Shown one piece after another: positions 18,103-28,086 of a DNA stretch of 64,000 nucleotides; positions within the stretch are counted from its first letter, which is position 1, and every line of letters starts with the position of its first letter. The position numbers were made by a program, and so were the translations under genes. A model generated the notes under the pieces. It was not told the origin of the DNA and did not search any database. It worked only from the letters and a program-made list of their open reading frames with translations. This DNA is from Patescibacteria group bacterium (GTDB lineage: Bacteria > Patescibacteriota > Minisyncoccia > Phycocordibacterales > UBA1006): contig JAQBQS010000008.1 in NCBI GenBank assembly GCA_028286885.1, forward strand, positions 12,121 through 76,120, given 5' to 3'.

Positions 18103-18580
18103 CAAGATTCTTGTAATACACCAAATCCGTCCCGGATTTTTTGTTATACAAGTCTTGTTCACCCAAGATCCGATACTTTTCTGAAAGCAGGAATGTGCGA
18201 ACTTCGTCATTTTGTGCCTTGGCATCACAAACAGCTTTCACGGTTTTGAAACCAGCGGCTCCGAGAATTTCGGCCTGGCGCAGGAGTACGCTTCCGAATT
18301 TACGATGACGGTACTCTTTGCCGACAGTAAGATTCTTGATCTCAAGAGCATCCTTGATCGATGCATGTTTCTGATACAGGACTGAACCGATGATCAGTCC
18401 GTTTTCGATAATGAGAATGGCGCGTTTTTCTTCAGACTTGAGCTGAACGTATACTTTTTGGAGCCAATGATCAAAATCAGGATAATCGGCATTGTTGACG
18501 AGAATTCTCGGCCTTCTCATAAAGTCCAGAAGTTGGTCAGTCGAAGCTTCCTTGAATTCGTTGGTTAATGAAATGTTCAT
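18074..18580 (-). CDS. GNAT family N-acetyltransferase (possibly RimI-like)
   Basis: Acetyl-CoA binding R-x-x-G-x-G/S pattern (YRHRKFGSVLL). Convergent with tsaD. Confidence 0.65.
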   Translation of the reverse strand: MNISLTNEFKEASTDQLLDFMRRPRILVNNADYPDFDHWLQKVYVQLKSEEKRAILIIENGLIIGSVLYQKHASIKDALEIKNLTVGKEYRHRKFGSVLLRQAEILGAAGFKTVKAVCDAKAQNDEVRTFLLSEKYRILGEQDLYNKKSGTDLVYYKNLVTSPGFLQL

Positions 18581-18631
18581 ATTTTCTTTTTAATCTAGCA
18601 AAAAAGAGATAAAAATGCTATATTTTCCAAC

Positions 18632-20812
18632 ATGAACGAGACATTCGAGAACCGGGCAAATCTGCCCGACAAGCTTTTGAAGCCCTACAACTCTCAGGAA
18701 ACCGAGGGTCCTATTTACAAGATGTGGGAAGAATCCGGTTTTTTTAATCCGGATGTTTGCATTGAAAAAGGTGTAACGAAGGCCGATGCAAAACCGTTTA
18801 CGGTTATCATGCCCCCTCCTAACGCCAACGGACGGCTCCACGTCGGCCATGCGCTGTTTGTAACGCTCGAGGACATCATGACGCGATTCAACCGTATGCA
18901 GGGCAAGCGGACTCTTTGGGTTCCCGGAGCGGATCATGCCGGATTTGAAACGCAAATCGTATACGAGCGAAAACTCGAGAAAGAGGGACGTTCGCGTTTC
19001 GAGATGACACCGGAACAGCTCTACAAGGAAATCTACGACTTTACGATTGAAAATAAAAAATACATGGAAGACGATGTCCGAAGACTCGGCGCATCGTGCG
19101 ATTGGTCGCGCGAAAAATTTACGCTTGATCCCGACATCGTAAAAAACGTCCAGCAGACATTCGACAAGATGTTCAAGGACGACCTCATCTACCGAGGCGA
19201 CCGGATCGTGAACTGGTGTTCAAAGCACCAGACTTCCCTTTCAGAAGTAGAAACTGAATACTTGGAAAAAGCAGATCCGTTTTATTATTTCCAGTACGGG
19301 CCTTTCGTCATTGGAACAGCCCGTCCCGAAACCAAATTCGGCGACAAGTATGTCGTCATGCATCCCGACGACAAGAGATATGCGGAATTTAAGCATGGAG
19401 ACAAGCTGACCGTTGAATGGATCAACGGTCCGATCGAAACAACCATCATCAAAGATACGGCGATCGATATGGAATTCGGTACCGGCGTTATGACAATTAC
19501 CCCTTGGCATTCCCAAGTGGACTTTGAAATTGCCGAACGCCATGGACTCGACAAGGAGCAGATCATCGACTGGAAAGGAAAACTCCTTCCTATCGCCGAG
19601 GAATTTGCTGGCATCCACATTTCAAAAGCACGTCCCCTGATCATTGAAAAGATGCAGTCGAAGGGGCTTGTCGTAAAAGTTGATAACGATTACAAACACA
19701 ACGTAAAAACCTGCTACAAGTGCAATACGGTCATCGAGCCGCAGATCAAAGACCAGTGGTTCGTCAAGATGCGACCTCTCGCCGACCGAGCCCTTGAAGC
19801 AGTTAATGCTGGAAAAATTAAATTCATTCCGAATAACTACGAGAAAATTTTTAAGTATTGGATGGAAAATACGATCGACTGGAACATTTCCCGCCAGATT
19901 GTTTGGGGTATCCCGATTCCCGCAAAAATCTGTTCCAAGTGTAAAAAGGGATATTCCGATCCCGATGACATCATGACAACATGCGACTGCGGCGGCGAAC
20001 TTGTCAAAGATACCGATACGTTCGATACGTGGTTTTCATCAGGACAATGGACGCTCCTTGCGCTCGGTTATCCGGACTCGAAAGACGTTGATGTTTACCA
20101 TCCCACGAGCGTCATGGAAACCGGCCACGACCTGATTTTCAAGTGGATCCCGCGCATGGTTATCTTCGCGCTCTACTTGAAAAATGAGATTGCATTTGAA
20201 ACGGTTTACTTGCACGGTCTTGTAAATGACGAGAAGGGACAGAAAATGTCCAAATCCAAAGGCAACGTATTGAGTCCAATTGACCTATCAGACCAATTCG
20301 GAACGGACGCGCTCCGCATGGCGCTTGTCGTCGGCAACACACCCGGAAACGATCTGGCATTGTCAAAAGACAAGATCAAAGCCTACTCGAAATTCGCCAA
20401 CAAGATGTGGAACGCGACGCGGTTCGTACTCGAAAATATTCATGGAATGGATCTGAGCGCGCCGATCGAATTTGACCAAGAAGACCAAATCTCTATTGAC
20501 GAACTCAAAACCTTGATCAAAGAAATCACGCAAGAGATGGAAGAGTACAAGTTCTACATCGTTTCCGAGAAGCTCTACCATGCATTCTGGGACACATTCG
20601 CAGGAACGATCCTCGAGCGATGCAAAGTCAAAATTACTGAAGATCGAAATGCAAAAAGTGCTAAATGGACGCTGTACATTTATCTCACGACTCTCGTGAA
20701 GGCGCTTCATCCGTTCATGCCGTTCATCACCGAAGAACTCTGGTCAATCATTCCGCAGATGACAGAAGATAAAAAATTGCTTATGATTGAGTCATGGCCG
20801 GAATCAGTCTAA
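18632..20812 (+). CDS. valS: valine--tRNA ligase (short form, 726 aa)
   Basis: HIGH (LHVGHA) and KMSKS motifs. The ValRS-like editing region has ADHAGFETQ and RLGASCDWSREKFTLD. Confidence 0.85.
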   Translation: MNETFENRANLPDKLLKPYNSQETEGPIYKMWEESGFFNPDVCIEKGVTKADAKPFTVIMPPPNANGRLHVGHALFVTLEDIMTRFNRMQGKRTLWVPGADHAGFETQIVYERKLEKEGRSRFEMTPEQLYKEIYDFTIENKKYMEDDVRRLGASCDWSREKFTLDPDIVKNVQQTFDKMFKDDLIYRGDRIVNWCSKHQTSLSEVETEYLEKADPFYYFQYGPFVIGTARPETKFGDKYVVMHPDDKRYAEFKHGDKLTVEWINGPIETTIIKDTAIDMEFGTGVMTITPWHSQVDFEIAERHGLDKEQIIDWKGKLLPIAEEFAGIHISKARPLIIEKMQSKGLVVKVDNDYKHNVKTCYKCNTVIEPQIKDQWFVKMRPLADRALEAVNAGKIKFIPNNYEKIFKYWMENTIDWNISRQIVWGIPIPAKICSKCKKGYSDPDDIMTTCDCGGELVKDTDTFDTWFSSGQWTLLALGYPDSKDVDVYHPTSVMETGHDLIFKWIPRMVIFALYLKNEIAFETVYLHGLVNDEKGQKMSKSKGNVLSPIDLSDQFGTDALRMALVVGNTPGNDLALSKDKIKAYSKFANKMWNATRFVLENIHGMDLSAPIEFDQEDQISIDELKTLIKEITQEMEEYKFYIVSEKLYHAFWDTFAGTILERCKVKITEDRNAKSAKWTLYIYLTTLVKALHPFMPFITEELWSIIPQMTEDKKLLMIESWPESV

Positions 20813-21519
20813 CAACATGGGCGTTCGCAATACTGGGTGGGATGGTCCCCACCTTTTTGTGGCTCTGGTTTTGGATGTCCCAATCCGACGGCGATGCGCC
20901 GCACGGGCTTCTCATACTCGGCTATATCGGCGGAATGCTCGGCGTTCTCGTTCTTCTTCCTCTCAATTCATTTGTTGCAAAAATGAATCTGCCGACACGT
21001 GAAATTACGATCGTCTACGCAATCCTCGAAGAACTTGCAAAAGTCATGATCATCGCGCTCCTCGCGTTCAATCCGCGCGCATGCAACGACGCGACTGACT
21101 ATACGATTTATCTGGTCACCGGGGCTCTTGGATTCTCGGCACTGGAAAATACGCTCTACCTGATCAATCCGATTGCCCACGCGACCGATATCGGTTCCGT
21201 CGTCATCAGCGGAAACCTGCGATTCTTCGGCGCGACGGTTTTGCATACCGTAACCGTGGCGATCGTCGGAATTGCGATCGGCATCGCTTATCCGCTCGGG
21301 AAATTCGGTAAATTCGTGGCTGGCACCTTGGGCATTGCAGGAGGCGTATTGATCCATATCATGTTCAATACCTATATCACGCAAAACACGCGACAAGGAA
21401 CGATTATCGCCATTGCCGGCATTTGGTCCATTGCGATCGTGATCATTCTGATCTTCGACCGACTCAAGGAATACCAACGGCAAGTCACCGCTGCCGCGGG
21501 GCAGGCACCAAGACACTAA
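20794..21519 (+). CDS. PrsW-family intramembrane metalloprotease
   Basis: EExxK (EELAK) and FxxxEN (FSALEN) motifs; polytopic membrane protein. Confidence 0.6.
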   Translation: MAGISLTTWAFAILGGMVPTFLWLWFWMSQSDGDAPHGLLILGYIGGMLGVLVLLPLNSFVAKMNLPTREITIVYAILEELAKVMIIALLAFNPRACNDATDYTIYLVTGALGFSALENTLYLINPIAHATDIGSVVISGNLRFFGATVLHTVTVAIVGIAIGIAYPLGKFGKFVAGTLGIAGGVLIHIMFNTYITQNTRQGTIIAIAGIWSIAIVIILIFDRLKEYQRQVTAAAGQAPRH

Positions 21520-21574
21520 AAACAAACGCGAAAACCCTTGCGTTTGTTTTTGCATATGGCGTATAATGATGCAT

Positions 21575-22096
21575 ATGGCACTACAGAAAAAACGTTCATT
21601 CTTTGAAAGGCTTACCGGCAGCATCCGCATGCAGGATGATGACGAACAGGTCGTTATCGCTCCTAAAAAGCCCGTCAGCCCTTATGCGGAATATGACGAG
21701 GAATTTGAAGATGACACAAGCACCGCTACGACGGTGAAAGTCACTGCGATGGCAACCGAAGACGAGGATGAAGAAGCACAGCTCGCCGTCGACGTTTACG
21801 AAACTCATGACGCGATTGTCATCAAGACGATGACCGCCGGCGTCAAGAAGGAAGATTTGGAAATCACCGTTTCGCGCGAGACGATTACGATCCGCGGACG
21901 GCGAGAAAACGAGGCGCGCTCGTACCAGCACGAGTACCATATTCAGGAGCTCTACTGGGGAGCGTTCTCGCGAACCATCGACCTTCCGGATGAAATCGAT
22001 ATCGAGCAGGCCTCCGCGACCGAACACCACGGATTGGTTACGATCAAGCTTCCGAAATTTGACAAGAAGCGGCACGCGACGTTGAAGGTTCAGTAA
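21575..22096 (+). CDS. Hsp20/alpha-crystallin small heat shock protein
   Basis: Alpha-crystallin domain: AVDVYETHDAIVIKTMTAGVKKEDLEITV...GLVTIKLPK. Start set to ATG 21575, 7 nt downstream of TATAAT. Confidence 0.8.
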   Translation: MALQKKRSFFERLTGSIRMQDDDEQVVIAPKKPVSPYAEYDEEFEDDTSTATTVKVTAMATEDEDEEAQLAVDVYETHDAIVIKTMTAGVKKEDLEITVSRETITIRGRRENEARSYQHEYHIQELYWGAFSRTIDLPDEIDIEQASATEHHGLVTIKLPKFDKKRHATLKVQ

Positions 22097-22130
22097 CTTT
22101 AAAAGAAAAATCCCTTGCGGGATTTTTCTT

Positions 22131-22646
22131 TTATTTATCTAAAATTTCTTCTGCTTTCTTGATAAAAATAAGGTGGGTTTTTGCATTGTACAGCCTTCCT
22201 TGATACGAATCGCTTTTTTTATCCAATTCAGCATTCGTTTCTATTTCTCTTATCATCTTTTCAAGATAGCCTATTGCATCCTTGAAGCTCTTCCAAGCAA
22301 TGTCAGTCCCGACCTCGTCTTCCTGTGTGGTCGTCGGCCTTGCTGAAATTCCAATAAATTTGGCGAGGACGCATGTTATTTCGTACCGTTGCTTCAGTGC
22401 ATCCCGATATTGAACAACTGTTCCCAAGGATCGAATAATGTCGATTATGACGCCCGCCTCTTCAAGGCATTCTCTCTTCAACGCGTCTTCGAAAGATTCG
22501 CCCTCTTCTATCCCGCCTCCGATCAGGAAATTTGGAAACAGAAGAATCTCATCTTTATCGTTCAAGATGACAGCCTTCACCGTCATGCGCGTCGGATAAT
22601 CAGTCGGCTCGAATTTGTTTGAGTTTAATGTTGCGAGTATTTCCAT
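22131..22646 (-). CDS. NUDIX hydrolase
   Basis: Nudix box GGGIEEGESFEDALKRECLEEAG. Confidence 0.8.
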   Translation of the reverse strand: MEILATLNSNKFEPTDYPTRMTVKAVILNDKDEILLFPNFLIGGGIEEGESFEDALKRECLEEAGVIIDIIRSLGTVVQYRDALKQRYEITCVLAKFIGISARPTTTQEDEVGTDIAWKSFKDAIGYLEKMIREIETNAELDKKSDSYQGRLYNAKTHLIFIKKAEEILDK

Positions 22647-22724
22647 AATTTTTATTTAACAATAATAAATTCCCACTTTGCACAATTATGCCCAAAGAGG
22701 TCTGAAAATTCATTATTTAATATG

Positions 22725-22797
22725 TGCCGAGAGCCGGATTCGAACCGGCGACCCCATCCTCTTCAGGGATATGCTCTACCAACTGAGCTATCTCGGC
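22725..22797 (-). tRNA. tRNA-Phe (anticodon GAA), CCA not encoded
   Basis: Hand fold: acceptor GCCGAGA/TCTCGGC, D-arm GCTCAGTTGGTAGAGC, anticodon loop CTGAAGA, T-arm GCCGGTTCGAATCCGGC. Confidence 0.85.
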
Positions 22798-22844
22798 ATT
22801 TGTCGCCGAACTAGTATACAGAAATCCCCCAAAATTTCAACTGG

Positions 22845-23117
22845 CTACTTGGCGAAATCCGTAAGTCCCGAAACCTGCGACGTTACGGCTGAAATCTGCG
22901 CCTGGATTTCTTTGAAGTGCGGATAGCCGAAATAAACCACGATGCCGAGAATCGCAAGTCCCACGATCCATTTTAATACCGAGAAAACGCGCGACTGCGT
23001 TTGCCTGTTTGAAATCTTTTCAAGCATGTCGCGATTCTCACGTGAGATTTTCAATGTCTCGACAAGAATCCGCTCCGTGTCGCGCTCCGTCATTTTATCT
23101 CGATCGTTCATAGCCAT
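22845..23117 (-). CDS. hypothetical small membrane protein
   Basis: 90 aa with one C-terminal TM helix. Confidence 0.45.
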   Translation of the reverse strand: MAMNDRDKMTERDTERILVETLKISRENRDMLEKISNRQTQSRVFSVLKWIVGLAILGIVVYFGYPHFKEIQAQISAVTSQVSGLTDFAK

Positions 23118-23137
23118 ATTCTATCACGCAATGATGA

Positions 23138-23821
23138 CTACTGGAAAGCAACGCATTCGGAAGTTCCGGAATACTTTTTCTGAAGAGTCGCGAAATCAAC
23201 CGTGACCATCTGGACAAAAACCGGATTTCCCGTCGTATTCATGATTGCCTCATAGACAGGACAGTTTTCGGATGTTGCGACTTGGGTCTTACGCAACCAC
23301 TCCCAATACGTCATAGAATTATCAGTAAAAGTAACTTTATGATCCGGACTGTTTCCACCGTCGTAATCAGCAACAAAAACCGTTTTCTTCTGTTCAAGGT
23401 CGACGATTGAAATCCCTCTTGGGCTCGGGGCGCTTCCCTCGTCGAGGACCAGGTACTTTCCCTTCAATGAAAGAAAGTTGTAATCGGCAAGCGTAAAATC
23501 CGCCAGGGCGAGGCTAAATGTGCAAGGAAGTACGTCTTGGTTCGAACGTAGAGACGCTATCAAGAAATCGTCGCCAAGTCCGCCGTTCCATTGGCTTATA
23601 ACAAAATATTTTTCATTTTGATAACACTTGGTCTTGCTTGTAGAAACTTCTGCCTGATGAGGTATTGCAACTTGCACGGCAAGCTTCGGGGCAACTGTCC
23701 GAATATCGACAACTTGCTGATATTGCACACCGATGCAAAAAGCCAGCAGTGGAATAACCACGATAAATAAAATAAGAGCCAATGTTTTCGAATACCATGT
23801 CACCTCGTTCCATTTGATCAT
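23138..23821 (-). CDS. hypothetical membrane-anchored protein
   Basis: N-terminal TM helix followed by a soluble domain. Confidence 0.5.
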   Translation of the reverse strand: MIKWNEVTWYSKTLALILFIVVIPLLAFCIGVQYQQVVDIRTVAPKLAVQVAIPHQAEVSTSKTKCYQNEKYFVISQWNGGLGDDFLIASLRSNQDVLPCTFSLALADFTLADYNFLSLKGKYLVLDEGSAPSPRGISIVDLEQKKTVFVADYDGGNSPDHKVTFTDNSMTYWEWLRKTQVATSENCPVYEAIMNTTGNPVFVQMVTVDFATLQKKYSGTSECVAFQ

Positions 23822-23837
23822 ATAAAAATTCTATCAT

Positions 23838-23865
23838 AAAAACCCCGCGCATGCGGGTTTTTTAT
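23838..23865. terminator. bidirectional terminator
   Basis: aaaa, then ccccgcgcatgcgggg-like stem, then tttttt. Confidence 0.55.
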
Positions 23866-23872
23866 ATGACTA

Positions 23873-24907
23873 TTAATTCGCTGGCGTACAAGCCGGAACG
23901 AAGACTTCGTTGTTATTCACGAGAGAAAATGACGCTCCGACTTGGCCTGCCTGATTTTGCGCCAAGGTATTCGTAGCCTCGCCAGATCCGGCTTCCATGC
24001 TCCGATGCGAAATGACGATCAAGTCGCTTTTAGTGAGGATTGCCGAATCGCTGTATGCCGGATCGGACATGAGACTTCCTCCGTAGTTGACCGCCGCAAT
24101 TGATCCTGCAGAGCCGAACAAGGGACTCGCAGGCAAGCATCCGTCTGCCACAAGCGACTTGCTGGCATTATCGTAGGTAATGGCTCCAACCTTTGTTACG
24201 ACAGGAGGAGTAAAGAAACTTTTGTTAGTTGCCTTGAACGTTATTTGCTCGAGAGGCACTCCCTTATACTGATCCGAAATGCTATCTGACGTAATCGTTA
24301 CTGTTTTCTTGGTAAGATCTTCAACTAATTTCCACGTGTCCGGATACTTGAAACTGAAACCGAGTTTTGTGCTTGAATATGTTTTCCAATTTGTCGTATC
24401 AATCGCAACTCCTGACGCATTTGCCGGATTCTGGTCAGCCGGTACTGATGCTTGAGTGTTCGCAGCTTGCTGTGCCTGCTGCGTTGCCTGCATTGCTGCA
24501 AGCGACTGGACTGCCGCATTTTTTTGAACATTGAGCATCCAGACCATGTAGCCCGCGACTGCTATGACGATAAGCAATAAAACAACAAGAATCCAAATCA
24601 ACATCTTTGAAGATTTCGGCGCAACAACTGCTGCCTGAGAAGCAATAACAGGAGCAGGTCGCAGAGACTCAACTGGCTGCGCTTGCGAAATGGTAGGCTC
24701 TACTCGCTGAAACGTCTTTACCGATTCGACGGGCTGTATGGGCGCGGATGTCTGATAAGAAACAACTGGAGGCACGGCTTGCGCAAAAGCTTCTGCAATA
24801 TCTGCAGGCATCCAGCCGTTATCTTGGAGCATTTTTGAAATAGACTCCTTGCTCGCTCCTGTCGCAAGTTGGCCTTTAATGAACGCGATGACTTCTTGAG
24901 TGATCAT
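23873..24907 (-). CDS. hypothetical single-pass membrane protein with Gln/Ala-rich linker
   Basis: Cytoplasmic N-domain, low-complexity linker, TM helix, then an extracellular domain. Confidence 0.5.
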   Translation of the reverse strand: MITQEVIAFIKGQLATGASKESISKMLQDNGWMPADIAEAFAQAVPPVVSYQTSAPIQPVESVKTFQRVEPTISQAQPVESLRPAPVIASQAAVVAPKSSKMLIWILVVLLLIVIAVAGYMVWMLNVQKNAAVQSLAAMQATQQAQQAANTQASVPADQNPANASGVAIDTTNWKTYSSTKLGFSFKYPDTWKLVEDLTKKTVTITSDSISDQYKGVPLEQITFKATNKSFFTPPVVTKVGAITYDNASKSLVADGCLPASPLFGSAGSIAAVNYGGSLMSDPAYSDSAILTKSDLIVISHRSMEAGSGEATNTLAQNQAGQVGASFSLVNNNEVFVPACTPAN

Positions 24908-24952
24908 ATGAAAATATCATACCACTTTTTATTTTTGTATACTATTGAGTTG

Positions 24953-25024
24953 TGCCCAAACCAGGAATCGAACCTGGATCTACTCGTTAGGAGTGAGTTG
25001 TTCTATCCATTGAACTACAAGGGC
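24953..25024 (-). tRNA. tRNA-Arg (anticodon CCU), atypical acceptor stem
   Basis: 5' half GCCCTTGTAGTTCAATGGATAGAAC, anticodon loop CTCCTAA and T-arm CCAGGTTCGATTCCTGG are canonical. The acceptor 3' strand is TTTGGGC, which leaves U5-U67 and U6-U66 mismatches. A31-C39 is also a mismatch. Confidence 0.6.
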
Positions 25025-25113
25025 AAGACGTTTTTTACCTTAACATAATTAATACCTAATTAAAAGTTGCAATAAAAAAGCGGCTCGTTTCCGAGCCGCT
25101 TGAAGAAATAGAT

Positions 25114-26991
25114 TTAAGTCTTTTTCTTGTTGCGTTTGGCTATTTGCACAGCTATCGAATCCAAATCCTGGTCAGTTACCTCGCCGTTCCTCATCGTATT
25201 CTTTGCGGAAGTACGCAGGGCGTCTTTGGACTGGTCGATTTTCTGACGTTCGATTTTCGACTGCACTGCCTGCTCATTTGCAGAACGTGTCAGCTTTACG
25301 CTCGAGTTTTTGAAATCGTTTACTGCAATAATTTCCGAAGCCATGTCCAAAAATTGGATCGTGACATTGTCTCCCGGCTGCGTTATGACGATTCCGGGGA
25401 ATGTCTGGCTCACGCTGTAGAGGTGCGGATTATTATCAAAATAGAGATAATAGATCGAACCCGAACTGGTAGGAGTGCTGCTGATGCGAGTCACTTTTCC
25501 CGAAAACGTCTCGACGAGGGATGCCTGGTCGGTTCCGATCGCGGATGAAATGGACGAAAGCGAACTTTGGTATTTCATCAGCGCTTGCTGCGGATCAGGA
25601 TCCCATGCCATCGTCTTGCTTACCACGTCGATGAGAGCCAAGCCTTTTATGGAATGGTCCTCGGCGAGGATAGGCATGACGGCCGTCATCTTGTCACCGA
25701 CGTTTTCAAAGATGATCGCGGCGGGATGAAGATGCTGAAACTTAACCGTGGAGTTTACTGAATTAGTGAGAGCTTCCTCGGTCGAACCTGAAACAGAATA
25801 GCGTTTTGATTCGCCTGTTCTGCTGTTGGTATAGATCAAGTCTGTCATCGTTTGCGAGGCGTTTTTTCCGCTGCCTACGCTTGCTTTGACAGGAGTCACA
25901 TACCAACAGGTACCGTCTTCTCCGTAATTAAGCAGCGACGTCTCGGGCGTTCTGAGGTTTGCTTGAGCGCCGACAGCTGTCCTGTTCATAAAGCCCAAAG
26001 AATACCTCCCCCAATAAGAAATGTTGTCCTGCACGATCTCTTCCGGAATAACGCGGTCAATCCACAAAGGAGCTTTGGACTTGTCGTAGTAGGTAATCAA
26101 TCCATTTTCAGGATTTACAACAGCTACGCCGTCGACTACGATTCCGTCGCCTCCGATCGTCGAATGGCAAACGCTGACAACCCAAAAAGGGTTCAGGCTG
26201 TCGTCTACTTCAAACGAATAGTCTTTCAGGATTTTCCCTGAATATCCGTTTGTGTACAGATGCCTTTCGAGATTATGATCCCAGAAAGCTTCAGGCGTGT
26301 ACAGCATTTTGTACCCCCTGATATAGCGGGGCACGACATGCTGATTTTCGGCATTTACGAGCACGTATCCCGGAACGCCTGTGGTTCCATTGTAAGATCC
26401 CCAGCTTCTGTAATCGAGAGGAATGACCCACACCAGTTCGTCTTTTACCTTCTGCAAGGTAGCATTGTCGTCAAGCAGCGTAAACTGGCTTCCGACAATG
26501 TCTCCCTGATCATCAGGATTCTGATTAAGCGACGTCTTGGCAATCGATATGGCATGCTCGACCGGAACAACGCGCAAATGCGTCGGCGAGACCTCTTCGG
26601 TCTGCTGGGTCCAATGCTTCAATGAGTGGCCTTCTTTGTCGAGAGGCCCGATCAGAGCGGCATATCTCGTTGAGTTTCCGGCAGTACAGCTTGACATACC
26701 GCATACCGCGATCGCAAAAAAATAAACGAGCGTTACGATTACAGCCCCGGATGAGGCCTTTTCATTAGCAACGCTTGCCAGCACGCAGCTGACGATCATC
26801 AGAACGAGTGTCCAAAGAGATGGACCGCTTGTCATAATGAAGTTAAGCGAAGGACAGGTCGTGTAATAAATTACCCCGCTTAGGAGAAAATAGATTACGA
26901 ATAAAACTCCAGAGAGCACGGGTTTTCTGCCGATCAAGGCAGGGACGGCGCCTAAAAACGCCGAGATAAGGGCTAACAGTAAAAATGTCAT
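25114..26991 (-). CDS. hypothetical polytopic membrane protein with large extracytoplasmic domain
   Basis: About five N-terminal TM helices followed by roughly 450 aa of soluble domain. Start set at ATG 26991, since the ORF-track start is TTG. TTGCAA-16-TAAATT lies 8 nt upstream. Confidence 0.55.
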   Translation of the reverse strand: MTFLLLALISAFLGAVPALIGRKPVLSGVLFVIYFLLSGVIYYTTCPSLNFIMTSGPSLWTLVLMIVSCVLASVANEKASSGAVIVTLVYFFAIAVCGMSSCTAGNSTRYAALIGPLDKEGHSLKHWTQQTEEVSPTHLRVVPVEHAISIAKTSLNQNPDDQGDIVGSQFTLLDDNATLQKVKDELVWVIPLDYRSWGSYNGTTGVPGYVLVNAENQHVVPRYIRGYKMLYTPEAFWDHNLERHLYTNGYSGKILKDYSFEVDDSLNPFWVVSVCHSTIGGDGIVVDGVAVVNPENGLITYYDKSKAPLWIDRVIPEEIVQDNISYWGRYSLGFMNRTAVGAQANLRTPETSLLNYGEDGTCWYVTPVKASVGSGKNASQTMTDLIYTNSRTGESKRYSVSGSTEEALTNSVNSTVKFQHLHPAAIIFENVGDKMTAVMPILAEDHSIKGLALIDVVSKTMAWDPDPQQALMKYQSSLSSISSAIGTDQASLVETFSGKVTRISSTPTSSGSIYYLYFDNNPHLYSVSQTFPGIVITQPGDNVTIQFLDMASEIIAVNDFKNSSVKLTRSANEQAVQSKIERQKIDQSKDALRTSAKNTMRNGEVTDQDLDSIAVQIAKRNKKKT

Positions 26992-27099
26992 GGTTTTAAA
27001 ATTTAAATGAACAATATCCTTTTGCAAGGGTGAGAATTCCCATTCGGGCAATCCTCAATATCGATTAAAAGATAACATTTTTAAAGTAAAAAGTCAAGT

Positions 27100-27134
27100 T
27101 AAAACGCCCCTGTTTATAAACAGGGGCGTTTTAA
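27100..27134. terminator. bidirectional terminator
   Basis: aaaacgcccctg-tttataaa-caggggcgtttt hairpin. Confidence 0.6.
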
Positions 27135-27151
27135 CTTTCAACATGAGACTT

Positions 27152-27418
27152 TTATACGGTTAAGCCAAGCTTCTCGACAAACAGCGGTTCAGAAAATCCT
27201 ACGATGACTTGCGGATCTGCATCAGGATGATCTGTATCGACAATGACAGTCACAGGAACGCCCATCTGGCCTGTCAGGTCCGCGAGGTATTCTTTCGTTT
27301 TCATATCATCAGGCGCAATGACATGATCCTCAAATGCAACGCTGTGCGCATTCAAAAAATCCTTTTCCATGTGGCAAAAGTGGCACGTTGCGGTCGAATA
27401 AACAGTAATTTTTTTCAT
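27152..27418 (-). CDS. glutaredoxin-like protein (NrdH/Grx fold)
   Basis: MKKITVYSTATCHFCHMEKDFL with a CxxC motif; later GVPVTVI segment and a VIVGF segment (separated by ~12 residues). Start at internal ATG 27418. Confidence 0.7.
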   Translation of the reverse strand: MKKITVYSTATCHFCHMEKDFLNAHSVAFEDHVIAPDDMKTKEYLADLTGQMGVPVTVIVDTDHPDADPQVIVGFSEPLFVEKLGLTV

Positions 27419-27458
27419 AGGTTTGAGAAATTTAGAGACTAACGAACAAAGTATATCA

Positions 27459-27830
27459 TCACCAGCCCAAGTATGCACGCAGCCGTGCAAACCAGCCAAG
27501 TTTCGGCTCTTCGGCAGGTTTTCCGTCAGAATTATCTACAACAATTACCAGATGTTCACCCGGACGTTCCACTCGATACCTATTTCTAATTTCAGCCTCG
27601 ATGCCGCGATCAGTCGAAAGGTTGGTAATTTCAGTATTAAGCTCGCTCTGCTTTGCCTGAAGATCGTTTAATTCCTTTTTCTCTTGATTGCGCAAATTCA
27701 CGGCCTCGCGATCCTTTCCGTAGGCGCGAATGACCGAAAAAATGCCCCATGCAATGCAAGCAACGAGGATAATCGAAACGATCGGCGAGCGAAACCATGA
27801 TTTTTTCTTGGAAATAAGGACATGTTTCAT
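27459..27830 (-). CDS. septum formation initiator family protein (FtsB/DivIC-like)
   Basis: N-terminal TM helix, coiled-coil, then a conserved RYRVERPGEHLVIV-like C-terminus. Confidence 0.6.
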   Translation of the reverse strand: MKHVLISKKKSWFRSPIVSIILVACIAWGIFSVIRAYGKDREAVNLRNQEKKELNDLQAKQSELNTEITNLSTDRGIEAEIRNRYRVERPGEHLVIVVDNSDGKPAEEPKLGWFARLRAYLGW

Positions 27831-27867
27831 ATCTTGATTTCGGATGCGATTTCAGTATACTACAGAC

Positions 27868-27981
27868 ATGAACATTTTTACGAGCAAGCACCAGAAAAAA
27901 ATTAAATGGATTTGGGGAGCCTTGTCTGTCCTCGTGATCATCTCGATGATCATCCTGTACGCAGGCGTTACGCATTTCTAA
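27868..27981 (+). CDS. small hydrophobic ORF (37 aa)
   Basis: MNIFTSKHQKKIKWIWGALSVLVIISMIILYAGVTHF; below the ORF-track cut-off. A hairpin terminator follows. Confidence 0.25.
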   Translation: MNIFTSKHQKKIKWIWGALSVLVIISMIILYAGVTHF

Positions 27982-28086
27982 GATTTTGCCTCGCTATCTG
28001 CGGCAAAAAACTTCCCCAAGGGAAGGTTTTTTGTTTTGACAAAACTCCATGTTCCTGATATGGTTTAGAAAATAAAACAACAAACC

